Assembly: GCA_028534125.1 (NCBI GenBank)
Contig: CM052817.1
Span: 86,368,001-86,432,000 of the forward strand
Direction: 5' to 3'
Source of the DNA: Lama glama
Lineage: Eukaryota
DNA: 64,000 bases
The notes under the pieces are model-generated. The model saw only the letters and a list, made by a program, of their open reading frames with translations. It was not told the DNA's origin and made no database searches. Position 1 is the stretch's first letter. Every line of letters begins with the position of its first letter. Made by a program: the position numbers and the translations under genes. Below, in pieces: positions 25,353 to 37,130 of this stretch.

Positions 25353-28300
25353 TACAGAATTTTTCTGTTTGCCTTAACAAATTGTTATAAAGATCATTAA
25401 AAACATGAACTATCATCGAGATAAAACAGCTACTATAGAAACTACTCCCATGACTGTATTGATTCCACCAGTTACATGCATTATTAGACTAAGTAAAAGC
25501 GTTGAGACTCTAACAGATAATACAGAGGAAAACTAGCATTATTGGTGTATCAACTTGAAAGTGTACAGTTTTAGTCATATTGTGAATAAATAATTTTTTG
25601 TCATGTGAAATAAATGTGGGAAGCTCTATCTCCTTTCAGTGAATAAATAAAACCAGATCTTTCTGATTTCTTGGATGACTGGATTGCTGGTCACTTATAA
25701 ATTGGTTCAGTGGCCTTCAGGGAAAGATTGACTTCGCTTCTCAGTCTCAGATACTGAGAAAAATCCTACAATTATGACAGTAAGTTTTACTCTTTATGAG
25801 AATAATCAAATAAAATATATTAAGTATTTAATACATTTATAAATATTGAGGAAATTCTATATGTTGAAGGGATTCATACTAATTCTAACAAATGGAAAAT
25901 GTATAAACAGCACTTACGATATCAGAGAATAAGCAAGGAATTAAATCTACCTTGGAATTTTGGACTTCAGTGATCATAGGACTTATTTCCTATACAAATT
26001 AAGAAATGACAAGGTTTATAGGACTATACATTAGCATGTAAAATTGTACAGACCATGCTCAAGTGTTTTCTTAATAATGCAGTTTCACTATGGATCAATT
26101 CCTATCAAAGAATCATGTTTACTTTCATGAATTTATGTTCATAATATCTAACATTGCTTTTAATGACATTATTTTGTAGAAGAATAATTATTCTGCATAT
26201 TCAGGAATCAACTAAATTTGAAAAGTGCATTTAACAGAGTGTGGCTTGACTTCAGTTATTATTTAAATAAACTCAAGTATTTGATATTTAGGTTTCATGC
26301 TTCCTGATCCAGATTTTGTCCTCCTTTTATCTACTGTATCTATTTATAATCCTTTTCCTCTCTCATGGATGTTGGTCACAGCCTGCTGTGAGAAGCTTTC
26401 TTTACTCATAGGTTTGCTATATAGAGTTAAGGGTTAATGGCAGCAGGCAAGACTCCCTGCAGTAATCTGGGTCACTTATATTTTATAGATCAGTGATTTC
26501 TTTACCCAGAAGAATCTTAAATTACAGCCATGAATGCACACACACACACACACACACCCAACCTTTCACTTTGTTCAAGAGTTAATGTAAAGAGAATGCA
26601 GTGTCTAATGGAAGGTGAAAAATGAAAACAAAAAGAGTAAGAGGATGGAGAGAAGACATAGAACATTATGATTACTATTGCTATGCTATATTTTCTAGGA
26701 TTTTCTCCTACTTTCAGTAGTCTTATTTATGGAAAGATATATTCTCCAAAGGAAAATGTAATTTCATGGCAATTTCTCAGCTTGGAAAAAAGTTTTAAGC
26801 CACAGTCCATGGGCTCTGTTATCAGAACCATCATGGCCGAAGTAACTATTTCAAGCATGGAGATGTGTCTAGTAATAGTATTGAGATACATTCCAGCTCA
26901 GCCAACATCCACAACTCCAATGGCACGTGAAACTGTTTATATAATGAAATTGCATTATTAAGAATTTTAATAATGCCTAAGAATTAAAATAAGCAGTTTG
27001 TTCTGTTTATGCTTTTCTGTGATTATGAGAAAATACTCAGTCTAAGTAAACCTTCCACATGACTGACTATCAAAGATGATTCAAATATAAATAGATATTT
27101 TGACGTCATAAAGAAAATGAAGCAAAGTGATTATATTTAATGTTTATTCCTTATGTTTATCTGTTATTCATAATTTGCACAAGCAAAATAATATATTTTC
27201 TCTCTTGAGCTAAAGCAGATCTATACACATAGACATTATAAAGAAAAATCTACATTATTTTGTAAGCTAGGAGTTCACATATTAAATGTATAGTGAGTAT
27301 CTTTACAATTATTAAACAGTCTTAAAATTCTATTATTTCTAAGTTATTGGACATTATTTTATGACAGGCCATCATATAGATTTAATTCAATATTTTTAAC
27401 CAGTCTTCTGTTTTTAGGAAATGTTCGTACTTTTATTTTGATAACCAATGTGATGACAAATAGGCATCAAGTTAAATATATTATCTAACTAATTATAATT
27501 TGATGGAACAAATTTCTGTAAGCGAAAACACAACTTTACAGTTTCTAATAGGTGTTGTGAAATGGTCTTCTAGAATACTGTTCTGATATACATTCCCACA
27601 ATACATGCAATTTCTGTTTTCCCATGATTCCTTGTAGCATTTTACACTGCCATATTGTTAGTATTATTAATAACTTAGAATTTGACACTACTTAAAAAAT
27701 TTAGATTTCCTTTATTTCTATTCATTTCTTTTTTATTATACACTTGTTTGCATTTGAAAAGTTTTGGTTTTTTTGCGGCTCTCCTTATTACTGATGTCAT
27801 TTAAGAAAGATCTGATGTTTGAAAAAAGTAGTTTTCCAAGATTGGTGTTAATCATATTATACTATGTTTATACGTCAAATATATGTTTTATTAATAAAAT
27901 TATAGTTACAGTTTAAGGTCTTGCACTTATTAAGTCACTAAAGTAACTAGTCTTTTTGTACAGATTAGAATGTGACGGATTCAGTAATTAATAACCCCTC
28001 TGAAGAGGGAAATAAAAACAACTGTGAAATTTTGCCAGATAATTTCTTTGCATTATCATTATCATTAGATTATCATCTAATCTAATTAGAATACAGTCTT
28101 CACAAATTAAAAGATTTAGCAGCAGCGTAAGTTTTAGTATGAAAGAGCATATCACTAATTGAATGTGAATTGGACCATATATTCCAATTACAATCTTTCA
28201 TACTATACAGAAAATATTGGTGTGTTATGAAGTATAACATTAAAATATCATTAAATCAAACTTAAAATCTATTAAAAAAAATAAGTATACATGCCTTTGT

Positions 28301-29604
28301 CTTAGTGTCACCAACAGTAACACAATTTTTATACCATTACTCTAGGTTGGATTTCTAAAGCAGGGAATTTTAGTAAACTTAGATGTTTCTTAGATATTAG
28401 TCCTTAATTTTATTTTTATCTAAAATGGAAATATATTTACTCTTTCAATTACAAGTACAAAATTGAGAATATATGGTTATTTTGCAAAATAATTTTGTGC
28501 AATTTCAAAATGCATAAAAAGCACAAAATCACTCAACATGCTAACACCTAAACACAATAAAACAATTCCATTGGTGTGCATCTTTACAATGTTGATAAAA
28601 ATATGTGTGAAGAGTTATGTGTGGATGTCTATAATTATTTATAAATTAAGACCTCTGTGATCAATATTGCACGCTGACCACATCACTAGATTGAAATTTA
28701 TGACACTTTGTAATACTAGTTCTGCAGATGAAAAGGTATGCTTCTGAAATACATAAATCATCACAAATTCTAAATGAGTGCACTGAACCTCATCCCGAAA
28801 TACTGTGACTATTAGTATGCTTCATAGTCATAGAAAATGATGTTATAACTTTACTTTGGTTTGTGTTTCTATGAATAGTAGTAAAATGAAATAATTTTTT
28901 GCCAATTTTTGTTTATTTTTGACAATTTTTGTGAATTTTCTGAATTCACACTACCTTTTCTTCCTTTGATTTATTCATTTTATGTATAAATAGGAGTTTT
29001 TTTCTATATTGCTAATATTAAGTTAATATCACTTATGGTACATTTTTTATATTTTGAAATGTTTCATTAACTTCTGTGTTTTTACTTTAACTTCCTTTAG
29101 TTGTAGTTTTGATCTGTATTTTTCTTATATAGGAAAAAGATTTTCTTTCTGTATTTTCTATTTCATGTTTGGTGCATAAATACTCAAATTCACAAAAGCT
29201 AATTAAATATTTGGCTTTTTTGTACTTTTATTTTAAATGTATACCTTTAATTCATTTATATTTTATATTAGAAATAAAAACACATAAAATGTTTCCTAAT
29301 ATTTTATGATATTTCTGCTCATCTTAAAATTTATTATACAATAGAAGCAATATTACATAACATATGTCTACTATATTATGGACAATATCTTTTCATTTAT
29401 TAACAGTCCATTTAGTAGCATCAAATTTATTTTTTGTTGTGTTCTTAATAGTATATGTGATCCCATAGATCAGCATTTTTCAGTATTGATGGAAATACAT
29501 TGCAAGTGAAAAAGTGATCAATAAATTAAATTAATAGCCTTGCATCTTAATATTAATAATACTGTGTATTAGTTAAATATCTTCTCTGTATTAGACTCTA
29601 AATG

Positions 29605-29790
29605 GAAGACTTGCATATGCAATCTCATTTGATCATCACCTATCCTTATGAAGAGTATTTTCTTAACCCCATTTTCTGGATGAGTAAAATGTTTGCTCAG
29701 ACCATTACAATATCCTGATTAATTTTACAGGGTCAGAATAACCAGAAAATCTATTCCACTGAAAAAAAACCTTAAAGACCACTCTATGTT
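29605..29790 (-). mobile_element. MIR fragment
   Basis: 'atctcatttgatcatcacctatccttatgaag...ccccattttctggatgagtaaa'. Confidence 0.6.
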
Positions 29791-29923
29791 GCTTATATAG
29801 TAGGAATTAAGAGCTTGTTCTCAACAATAAGAAAGATTTGTTCTATAATCTTAGAACAAATAAGTTCTATAATCTAACATATTAGCCTAGATAATGCAGC
29901 TACTTTAGTTAAACTGGGTAGTT

Positions 29924-29956
29924 ATGAAAACCCATGAAACCCATGAAACCCATGAA
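29924..29956. repeat. 9-bp tandem repeat (ATGAAACCC), about 3.5 copies
   Basis: atgaaaacccatgaaacccatgaaacccatgaaa. Confidence 0.85.
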
Positions 29957-30948
29957 AAATCAACAGAGAAAGCTTGTTTAGCAGTATAAAGTACACCAAC
30001 CATAGATTAAAATTGAATAGGTAGTGCATAATAAGTTAATATCTCTTTATTAGTAGCACATTTATATTTTAACCCAACGTGCTATTTTTAAAAGTTCAAC
30101 ACTATGATTTCTTTTAAGGATATTTTATTTTACCAAATCTTGCATCATATGCCTACTCAGTTTCCATAATATGTGTCAAAAAAAGTAATAACTGAAAATA
30201 TTATACTTGGAGATTCCAATAATAACAGTAGCTAGCCAATACATATCTTTGGAAAATAAAATTTGTCACAGTTACTCACAGTACATTGTGTCCCTCCAGC
30301 TAAATTATATTAATATTTTAAGATACCTCTTTTATTGAAATAGAAAATGAAAAAAGTATTTTAGAAGTTATTGACATGACAGAAATGCTATTTTTAAATT
30401 GAATATCTTTATTATTTGCAAGTGATATTATATTTTCAAATGAAGTTGTGAACACATTCACAGCAGTTTAATCATATTGTTTTAGAATCTATGGTTAAGA
30501 TATCTATGTTTTCCAAACAGTCATATTTTATATACACCTACAGACACACTCATTCACATATGTGCATACCTGCATATGCTACTTTATTTCTTCTAGTGCA
30601 AAACATTTATCAACATTTGATTCCTTGTAATAGAGAAGCTAGACATAAAAAGGAGAAAACAACATTAAATATTGTAAGGCCTCATTTATATGTAGGTTCT
30701 AACAGAATAATAAAGAAATTTAAGGTTAGTTAAAAGCAGTTGACATTCTTTTTCCCCTTTGCTGGAGGTAGATAAAGAGAGTAATTATGGGAAAAATGGT
30801 GAGGATACAGGAGAAAAGGGGAGTCAGGAAGCAAAATCAGTTTTAAAATACCTTTAGATAACTCTACTAATAATATCAATCTGTTTGTAATACTGATCCT
30901 GGCAACTATGTCAAATTTTCTACATAAGTCTAAAACTAATTTGTAGTT

Positions 30949-31317
30949 ACATCCAACACCACAGAAATACAGAGATCATAAGAGGCTACTGCTAGCAACT
31001 ATACAATAAAAAGGACAACCTAGAAGAAATGGACAAATGTTTTGAAAGGCACAATCTCCCAAGACTGAACCAGGAAGAAGTAGATAATATGAACACACCA
31101 ATTACCAGTACTGAAATTGAATCAGTAATTCAAAACCTACCAACAAACAAAAGTCCAGTACCAGATGGCTTCCCAGGTGAATTCTACCAAACATTTAGAA
31201 AAGAATTACTGCCTATCCTTCTAAAACTATTCCAAAAACTTGCAGAGGAAGGAACACTTCCAAACTGATTCTGTGAGGCCGCTATAAGCCTGATATACCA
31301 AAAACAGACAAAGATAT

Positions 31318-31373
<56 letters not shown>

Positions 31374-33414
31374 GAAAGAAAGAAAAAGAACAGAAAATTA
31401 AAGACCAATATCCCTGATGAACATAGATGCAAAAAATCTTCAACAAAATACTAGCACACAAACTCCAGCAATACATCAAAAGGCTCATACACCATGATCA
31501 AGTGGGTTTTATCTCAGGGATGCAAGGATTTTTCAATATCCACAAATCAACGTGATACACCACATTAACAAATTGAACAATAAAAAACCACATGATCATC
31601 TCAATAGATAAAGAAAAAGCTTTTGATAAAATTCAGTATCTATTTATGATAAAAACTCTTCAGAAATTCATATATGACAAACCCACAGCTGACATCATAC
31701 TCAATGATGAAAAGCTGAAAGCATTTCTTCTGAGGATCAAAAACAAGACAAGAATGCCCACTCTCTCCATTTTTATTCAGCAGAGTTTTGGAAGTCCTAG
31801 CCACAGCAGTCAGAGAAGAAAAAGAAATAAAAGGAGTGCAAGGTGGAAAAGAAGAAGTGAAACTGCAACTGTTAGCAGATGACATGATACTATACATAGA
31901 AAATCCTAATGACACCACCAGAAAAGAATTAGAGCTCATCAATGAATGTGGTAAAGTTGAAGAATACAAAATTAATATACAAAAATCTGTTGTATTTCTA
32001 TACACTAACAACAAAATATCAGAAAAAGTTTTATTAAGGGAACAATCCCCTTCACCATCACATTGAAAAGAATAAAATACCTAGGAATAAACCTACCTAA
32101 GAAGGCAAAAGACCTGTACTCCAAAAACTGTGAGACACTGACGAAAGAAAGTGAAGATTTCCATCTATCTTTCTGAATAGATGGAAAGATATACTGTGTT
32201 CTTGGATTGAAAGAATCAATATTGTTAAAATAGCCATACTACCCAAGACAATGTACAGATTCAATGCAATCCCTATCAAATTACCAATGGGATTTTTTAT
32301 ATAAAAATACAAAAAATCCTGAATAGCTAGAACAATCTTGAAAAAGAAGGGAGCTGGTAGAATCATTCTCCCTGACTTCAGACTCTACTACAAAGTACAG
32401 TAATCAGAACAGTATGGTACTGGCACAAAAATAGATGTATAAATCAATGGAACAGGATAGAAAGTCCAGAAATAAACCCATGCACTATGGTCAATTAATG
32501 ACAAAGGAGTAAGAATATACAATGGAGAAATGACTCTCTCTTCAATAAGTGGAGCTGTGAAAACTGGATAGTTACAGATAAAAGAATAAAATTAGAACAT
32601 TCTCTAACACCATATGCAAAAATAAACTCAAAATGGATTAAATACCCAAACGTAAGACCAGATACTATAAAACTCCTAGAGGAAAATATAGGCAGAACAT
32701 CTCTGACATAAATAAAAGAAGAAATAAGCAAATGGGATCTAATTAAACAAAAAGCTGTTGTACAGCAAAGGAAACCATAAACAAAATGAAGAGACAATCT
32801 ATGGAATGGAAGAAAATATTTGCAAATGACAAGATTGACAAGGAATTAATTTCCAAAATATGCAAACAACTCATACAGCTTCATATATATATATTTTAAA
32901 AACTAATCAAAAAATGGTCAGAAGACCTAAATAAACATTTCTCCAAAGACATCCATATGGCCAAAAGGCACATGAAAAAGATGCTCAATATCACTAATTA
33001 TTGGAGGAATGCAAATCAAAACTACAATGAGGTATCACCTCACACCACTCAGAATAGCAATCATTAAAAAGTTTACAAATAATAAATGCTGTTGGTAGGG
33101 ATGTAAATTATTGAAGCCACTATGGAGAACAATATGGAGGTTTCTTCAAAAAGCTAAAAGTAGAGTTACCATATGATTCAGCAGTCCCACTCCTGGGCAT
33201 ATATCTAGAGTAAGTTCTAATTAGAAAAGTTACATCCACCCCAATGTCCATAGCAGCACTATTTACAATAGCCAAGACATGGAAGCAACCTAAATGTCTA
33301 TGAACAGATGAGTAGATAAAGAAGAAGTGGTATATTTATGCAATGAAATACTATTCATCCATAAAAGAGAATGAAATTAAGCCATTTGCAGCAACATGGA
33401 TGGACCTAGAGATT
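30949..33414 (+). mobile_element. L1 ORF2 body (RT domain to C-terminus), decayed, no 3' UTR
   Basis: ORF fragments MDKCFERHNLPRLNQEE...[27 protein letters not shown] and [14 protein letters not shown] (RT YADD-type motif), with frameshifts and stops. Ends at 'atggacctagagatt'. Confidence 0.95.
31320..31370. repeat. (CA)~25 microsatellite within L1
   Basis: Direct reading. Confidence 0.95.
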
Positions 33415-33559
33415 AAATATCTGTGTGTGTGTGTTTGTGTTCAGTTTTCATAGGTATGAATGGTTTGGCAAAGGAGTAAAAGTACTTCTGATTTGTAACA
33501 TAATGGCATTGTCATTGGGAAATGTCTTCTATGTTTATGGATTATTTAATACTTGTTAA

Positions 33560-34510
33560 AAGTATTAATGGCCCACTGGTCAATGTTTGTAATTATTCCA
33601 TATGTGCTAGAAAATGTTATTCATATTTTCTATATTCTAATTTACAATGTCTCTTCTTAAAGTGTAAATCTCTCCAAGATTTTTTTTAATTTCCCATATA
33701 ATTTAGGATTTTCCCTTTTTTTATTATTCCATATTTTTCTTTACATTAGAAAAACAGCTTATGTTATTAGGGACATAAAATTTTGTAATTTTATAATTTT
33801 ATGAAGATTTGTTTATTCTATTATTATATAGCCCTCACTTACGTGTAGTAATGTAGTAATTTGCATCATATTCGCTTTACATTCTGTTTGAAATTAGTCT
33901 AGCCACACCAGATTTCTTTGGTTACCTGTATGGCATGTCTTTATCAGTTCTTTTACTTTTATTCTTGTGTAATGATATTTCATTGCGCCTCTTGTAAGCC
34001 CTGAGTTGTGTCTGTGATTTTTTAATCCAGATTGTTTTTGGTGATGTATTAGCATATTCAGCTCAGATAAATGGTAGTTCAATTTATCTCTATTGTGATT
34101 ATGTTATATTTGGATTTAGTCATGTTATTTCATGCTTTATACTTATCAGGCATTTTTCTTTGCTTGTGGCATATTTTTTGACTGATAGAGTTCTCTTTCT
34201 ATTGATTTCTTATACTAGTTTGGAAGTTATACATTATATTTATTTTCTTTCACAGGTTTTTAGCCCAAGTATTTAAACCTGTATGAAACATACTTAATGT
34301 TTATCAATAGCTATTTCCATCAGACAAACCATTTAAGGCTTTATATTCTTTAAATCTGATTGTAGCTTCTCTTCCTTACGTTTTTGTAAACTTCCCAAAT
34401 TATCATAAACAATGCTTCTTTCTATCTGTGTGTGTATTTTCACCAATATCTATGCTCACCATTGTGTCTGTCATTCCAGTACTTTATTCTGGGTTGAGTT
34501 TTCTACTGAC
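33560..34510 (-). mobile_element. Ancient L1M fragments
   Basis: 'ggtcaatgtttgtaattattccatatgtgctagaaaa', 'tagccacaccagatttctttggtta', 'tttttaatccagattg'. Confidence 0.65.
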
Positions 34511-34607
34511 TGAAATATATATATGCACACTTTATATGTCTGTAGATACATAATACATATATACATTTATATATATAAATATATATAAATTTATATATTA
34601 TATATAT

Positions 34608-34814
34608 AGTATGGTCTGAGACTTTATCTCTCCCCTCCCCTCAAAATTCATATGTTGACATCCTAACTCCCAAAGATGATGGTACAGAGAGGTAAGACCT
34701 TTGGGAGGTGCTTGAGTTGTAGGAGGAAACTCTCTTGAATAGGACCAGTGTTTTATAAAAGAGTCTCCAGAGAGATCCTTAGCCTCTTCCACCATACAAG
34801 AAAAGAATGAGAAG
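34608..34814 (+). mobile_element. MaLR MLT1A-like LTR, 5' half
   Basis: 'tatggtctgag...cccctcaaaattcatatgttgacatcctaactccc...gacctttgggaggtg'. Confidence 0.8.
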
Positions 34815-34819
34815 TTTAC

Positions 34820-34948
34820 ATAGTTTCACTGTTACTATATATATAGTTTTACTGTTACTATATATATATATATGTGTGTGTGTATATATATAGTTTTACT
34901 GTTACTATATATATATGTGTGTGTATATATAGTTTTACTGTTACTATT
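34820..34948. repeat. Four copies of TAGTTT(T/C)ACTGTTACTA separated by variable (TA)/(TG) spacers
   Basis: Direct reading. Confidence 0.85.
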
Positions 34949-35362
34949 AATACTGTTAATTTTTCAGTGAAGGTCAGTGGTTTTATAAAATTGGTTACAG
35001 ACTTAACTCTCTGTCTACAATACACACAGAGGCAAGGTTTCACTACCTGTTCCAAAACTGCTATAGAAATCTAGATATGTATTACTTGATAACAAATTGA
35101 TATTGTTATATGTATTACTTAATACCAAATCTGGTATTAAAACCCTCTTCTCCAGAGCTAATGCATTATATCTGTGGATTTTCTTTTTTGTTTTAAAAGC
35201 TTTGGTTATGTATTTTGATTTATTTTATTTTATCCAGGAGTTTTCACTATTAATAGTAAAATGAGTGTCATCTCATGGTACTTCTTTGTCAAAACTATAA
35301 AGCCTCTATTTTTCTCTTTGTAAAATGATTTAATCTTTCTCTTATTTGTCTAATGATGTAAG

Positions 35363-35584
35363 GCAAGGACCAGCATATTTTTTCTGAAAGAATGAGATAG
35401 TAAATATTGTAGACTCTGTAGGTTATGTGATCTCTGTTGTGTTATTCAGCTCCGCCACTGTACTGTGAAAGCAGCCATAGACAATGTATACATAAATTGG
35501 TGGGACTGTTTTCCAGTGAAATTGGTTTACAAAAATAAATGCTGTGGTAGATTTGGCTTGGAGATAGTAGTTTTCTGACTTCTG
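35363..35584 (+). mobile_element. MER58A hAT-Charlie
   Basis: 'agatagtaaatatt...tcagctccgccactgtactgtgaaagcagccatagacaat...gtagttttctgacttctg'. Confidence 0.88.
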
Positions 35585-37060
35585 ACATAATGCATTTCAT
35601 AACACTTTACAGATTCTAAAATGCACAGTGTATTATGGTATGCTTTAAATTCATATATATTGTACTTCTGGATTAAAAAAATACTACATGAGTGTTTGAT
35701 TATGTCTCAATACTCGTGTGGTATTTTGCATAGAATTAGAATTCACATTGTTGGTGAATACTAAGTACTGAACCAGAAGATACCAGCTAGGTATATACAT
35801 TGTGCTATAATCTTACATCAATCTCACTAGAAGCTTTACACGTTTGTGGAAGCCCCAGGACTTGCTTTTATATATCTGTACACATTTTCTGTTAACACAC
35901 ACACACACATCTCAGTAACTACATTTAGGGCAGAATACTTGGTCCACCAAGAGGACAACTAAATCTAATTCCTGAAATGTAAGACTCAGCAACACTGTTT
36001 AAAGTGTCTTCTTTATTGCCCTCGTACGAGTTGTTCTCTTAATCATCACGGACATAAAGGCAGTGTGGCACCTAGTGCATCTCTTGAGGCAGAATGCTTC
36101 ACTTGCAGTTTAAAATACTGTAGTTGTGATGCTGGAAACTTCTGTAGAATAGACATAAAACCATATATTTGCATCTTTCAATTTTTGATGAGGGTGAGAT
36201 GGAGAGAATGATGTCATCTTTTCCTTAAGAATCAGATGTTATAAGATTATTTGTTTCTATCAATTTTCTGTCATTTCTGATAAAGGATAATGTTTGTGAA
36301 TAAAATCTTCAGGCCTCTGAAAGCATTTGGCTGCATCTGTCTCTGGATGTTATTGCATAACATATTTCTGAATTGGTAAATGGCGAACATTTTCAGTTAA
36401 ATATGGTTTTATGCACTGAGTCGTCAATATTCCCAATCAATGGAGATGCTTCTAATTCTTCTCATTCAAATAACAGTGCATTAGCTAGATGTTAAATGTT
36501 TCTAAGGAAGAATGGGGCCCACCTCTAGGTAATAATCATTTTATGGTGAAGACATTCAAGTAAAGATTTGCTATGTTCACTTGTCGCAGAAATTTTCATC
36601 TGATTAGCATAAATACTTGAAATGTTATTTGTGTTGTGTTTGTGTAAACTTAAGTGTTTTTCTAAAGGCCTTTTAAGCTCTACATTTAGTCCTATTAATG
36701 TTGATAATCCTGATTATAATTTAAAGAACAATGAAACTAACAAACTATCTGGAAAATAACAGCAACAAAAAAAAAATACTTGAACTATGGGTTAAATAGT
36801 TTTAGTAGGTATAAAATGGCATTCTCACTTAACAAATAATAACCTTTTGGGGTTTTTTTGCGTTTACTCAAAATTATGAAACATAGAAAAAATGTTTATT
36901 ATATAATTATACCAAACACCCTTAGGGTACAAGACTCTCTGGAAATGTGAGATCAGCTTCCTACTTTCAGGAAAATATCAAAGAAAAAAGAGGCAGCAAG
37001 ACAAATTCAGTTTTTTTTTTTCCAGTTCACTGTGTCATGTTGTTCTTTTGTAATAATTGA

Positions 37061-37130
37061 TTAAAAGTAATTATAAAGTAACTATAATTAACTATAGTAA
37101 CTATAATTAAAAAAGTAACTATAATTAAAA
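37061..37130. repeat. Degenerate tandem repeat of GTAACTATAATTA
   Basis: Four to five imperfect copies read directly. Confidence 0.75.

Noticed and set aside
26668..26961. 97-aa ORF with an internal acceptor-like 'ttttctag'
   Set aside because: No recognisable homology and no convincing donor or neighbouring exons.
31029..32066. Reverse-transcriptase-like ORFs as a functional RT system
   Set aside because: Frameshifted, stop-interrupted pieces of an ordinary L1 ORF2.
34820..34948. CRISPR-like repeat-spacer pattern
   Set aside because: Mammalian DNA, the spacers are (TA)/(TG) microsatellite, and there are no cas genes.
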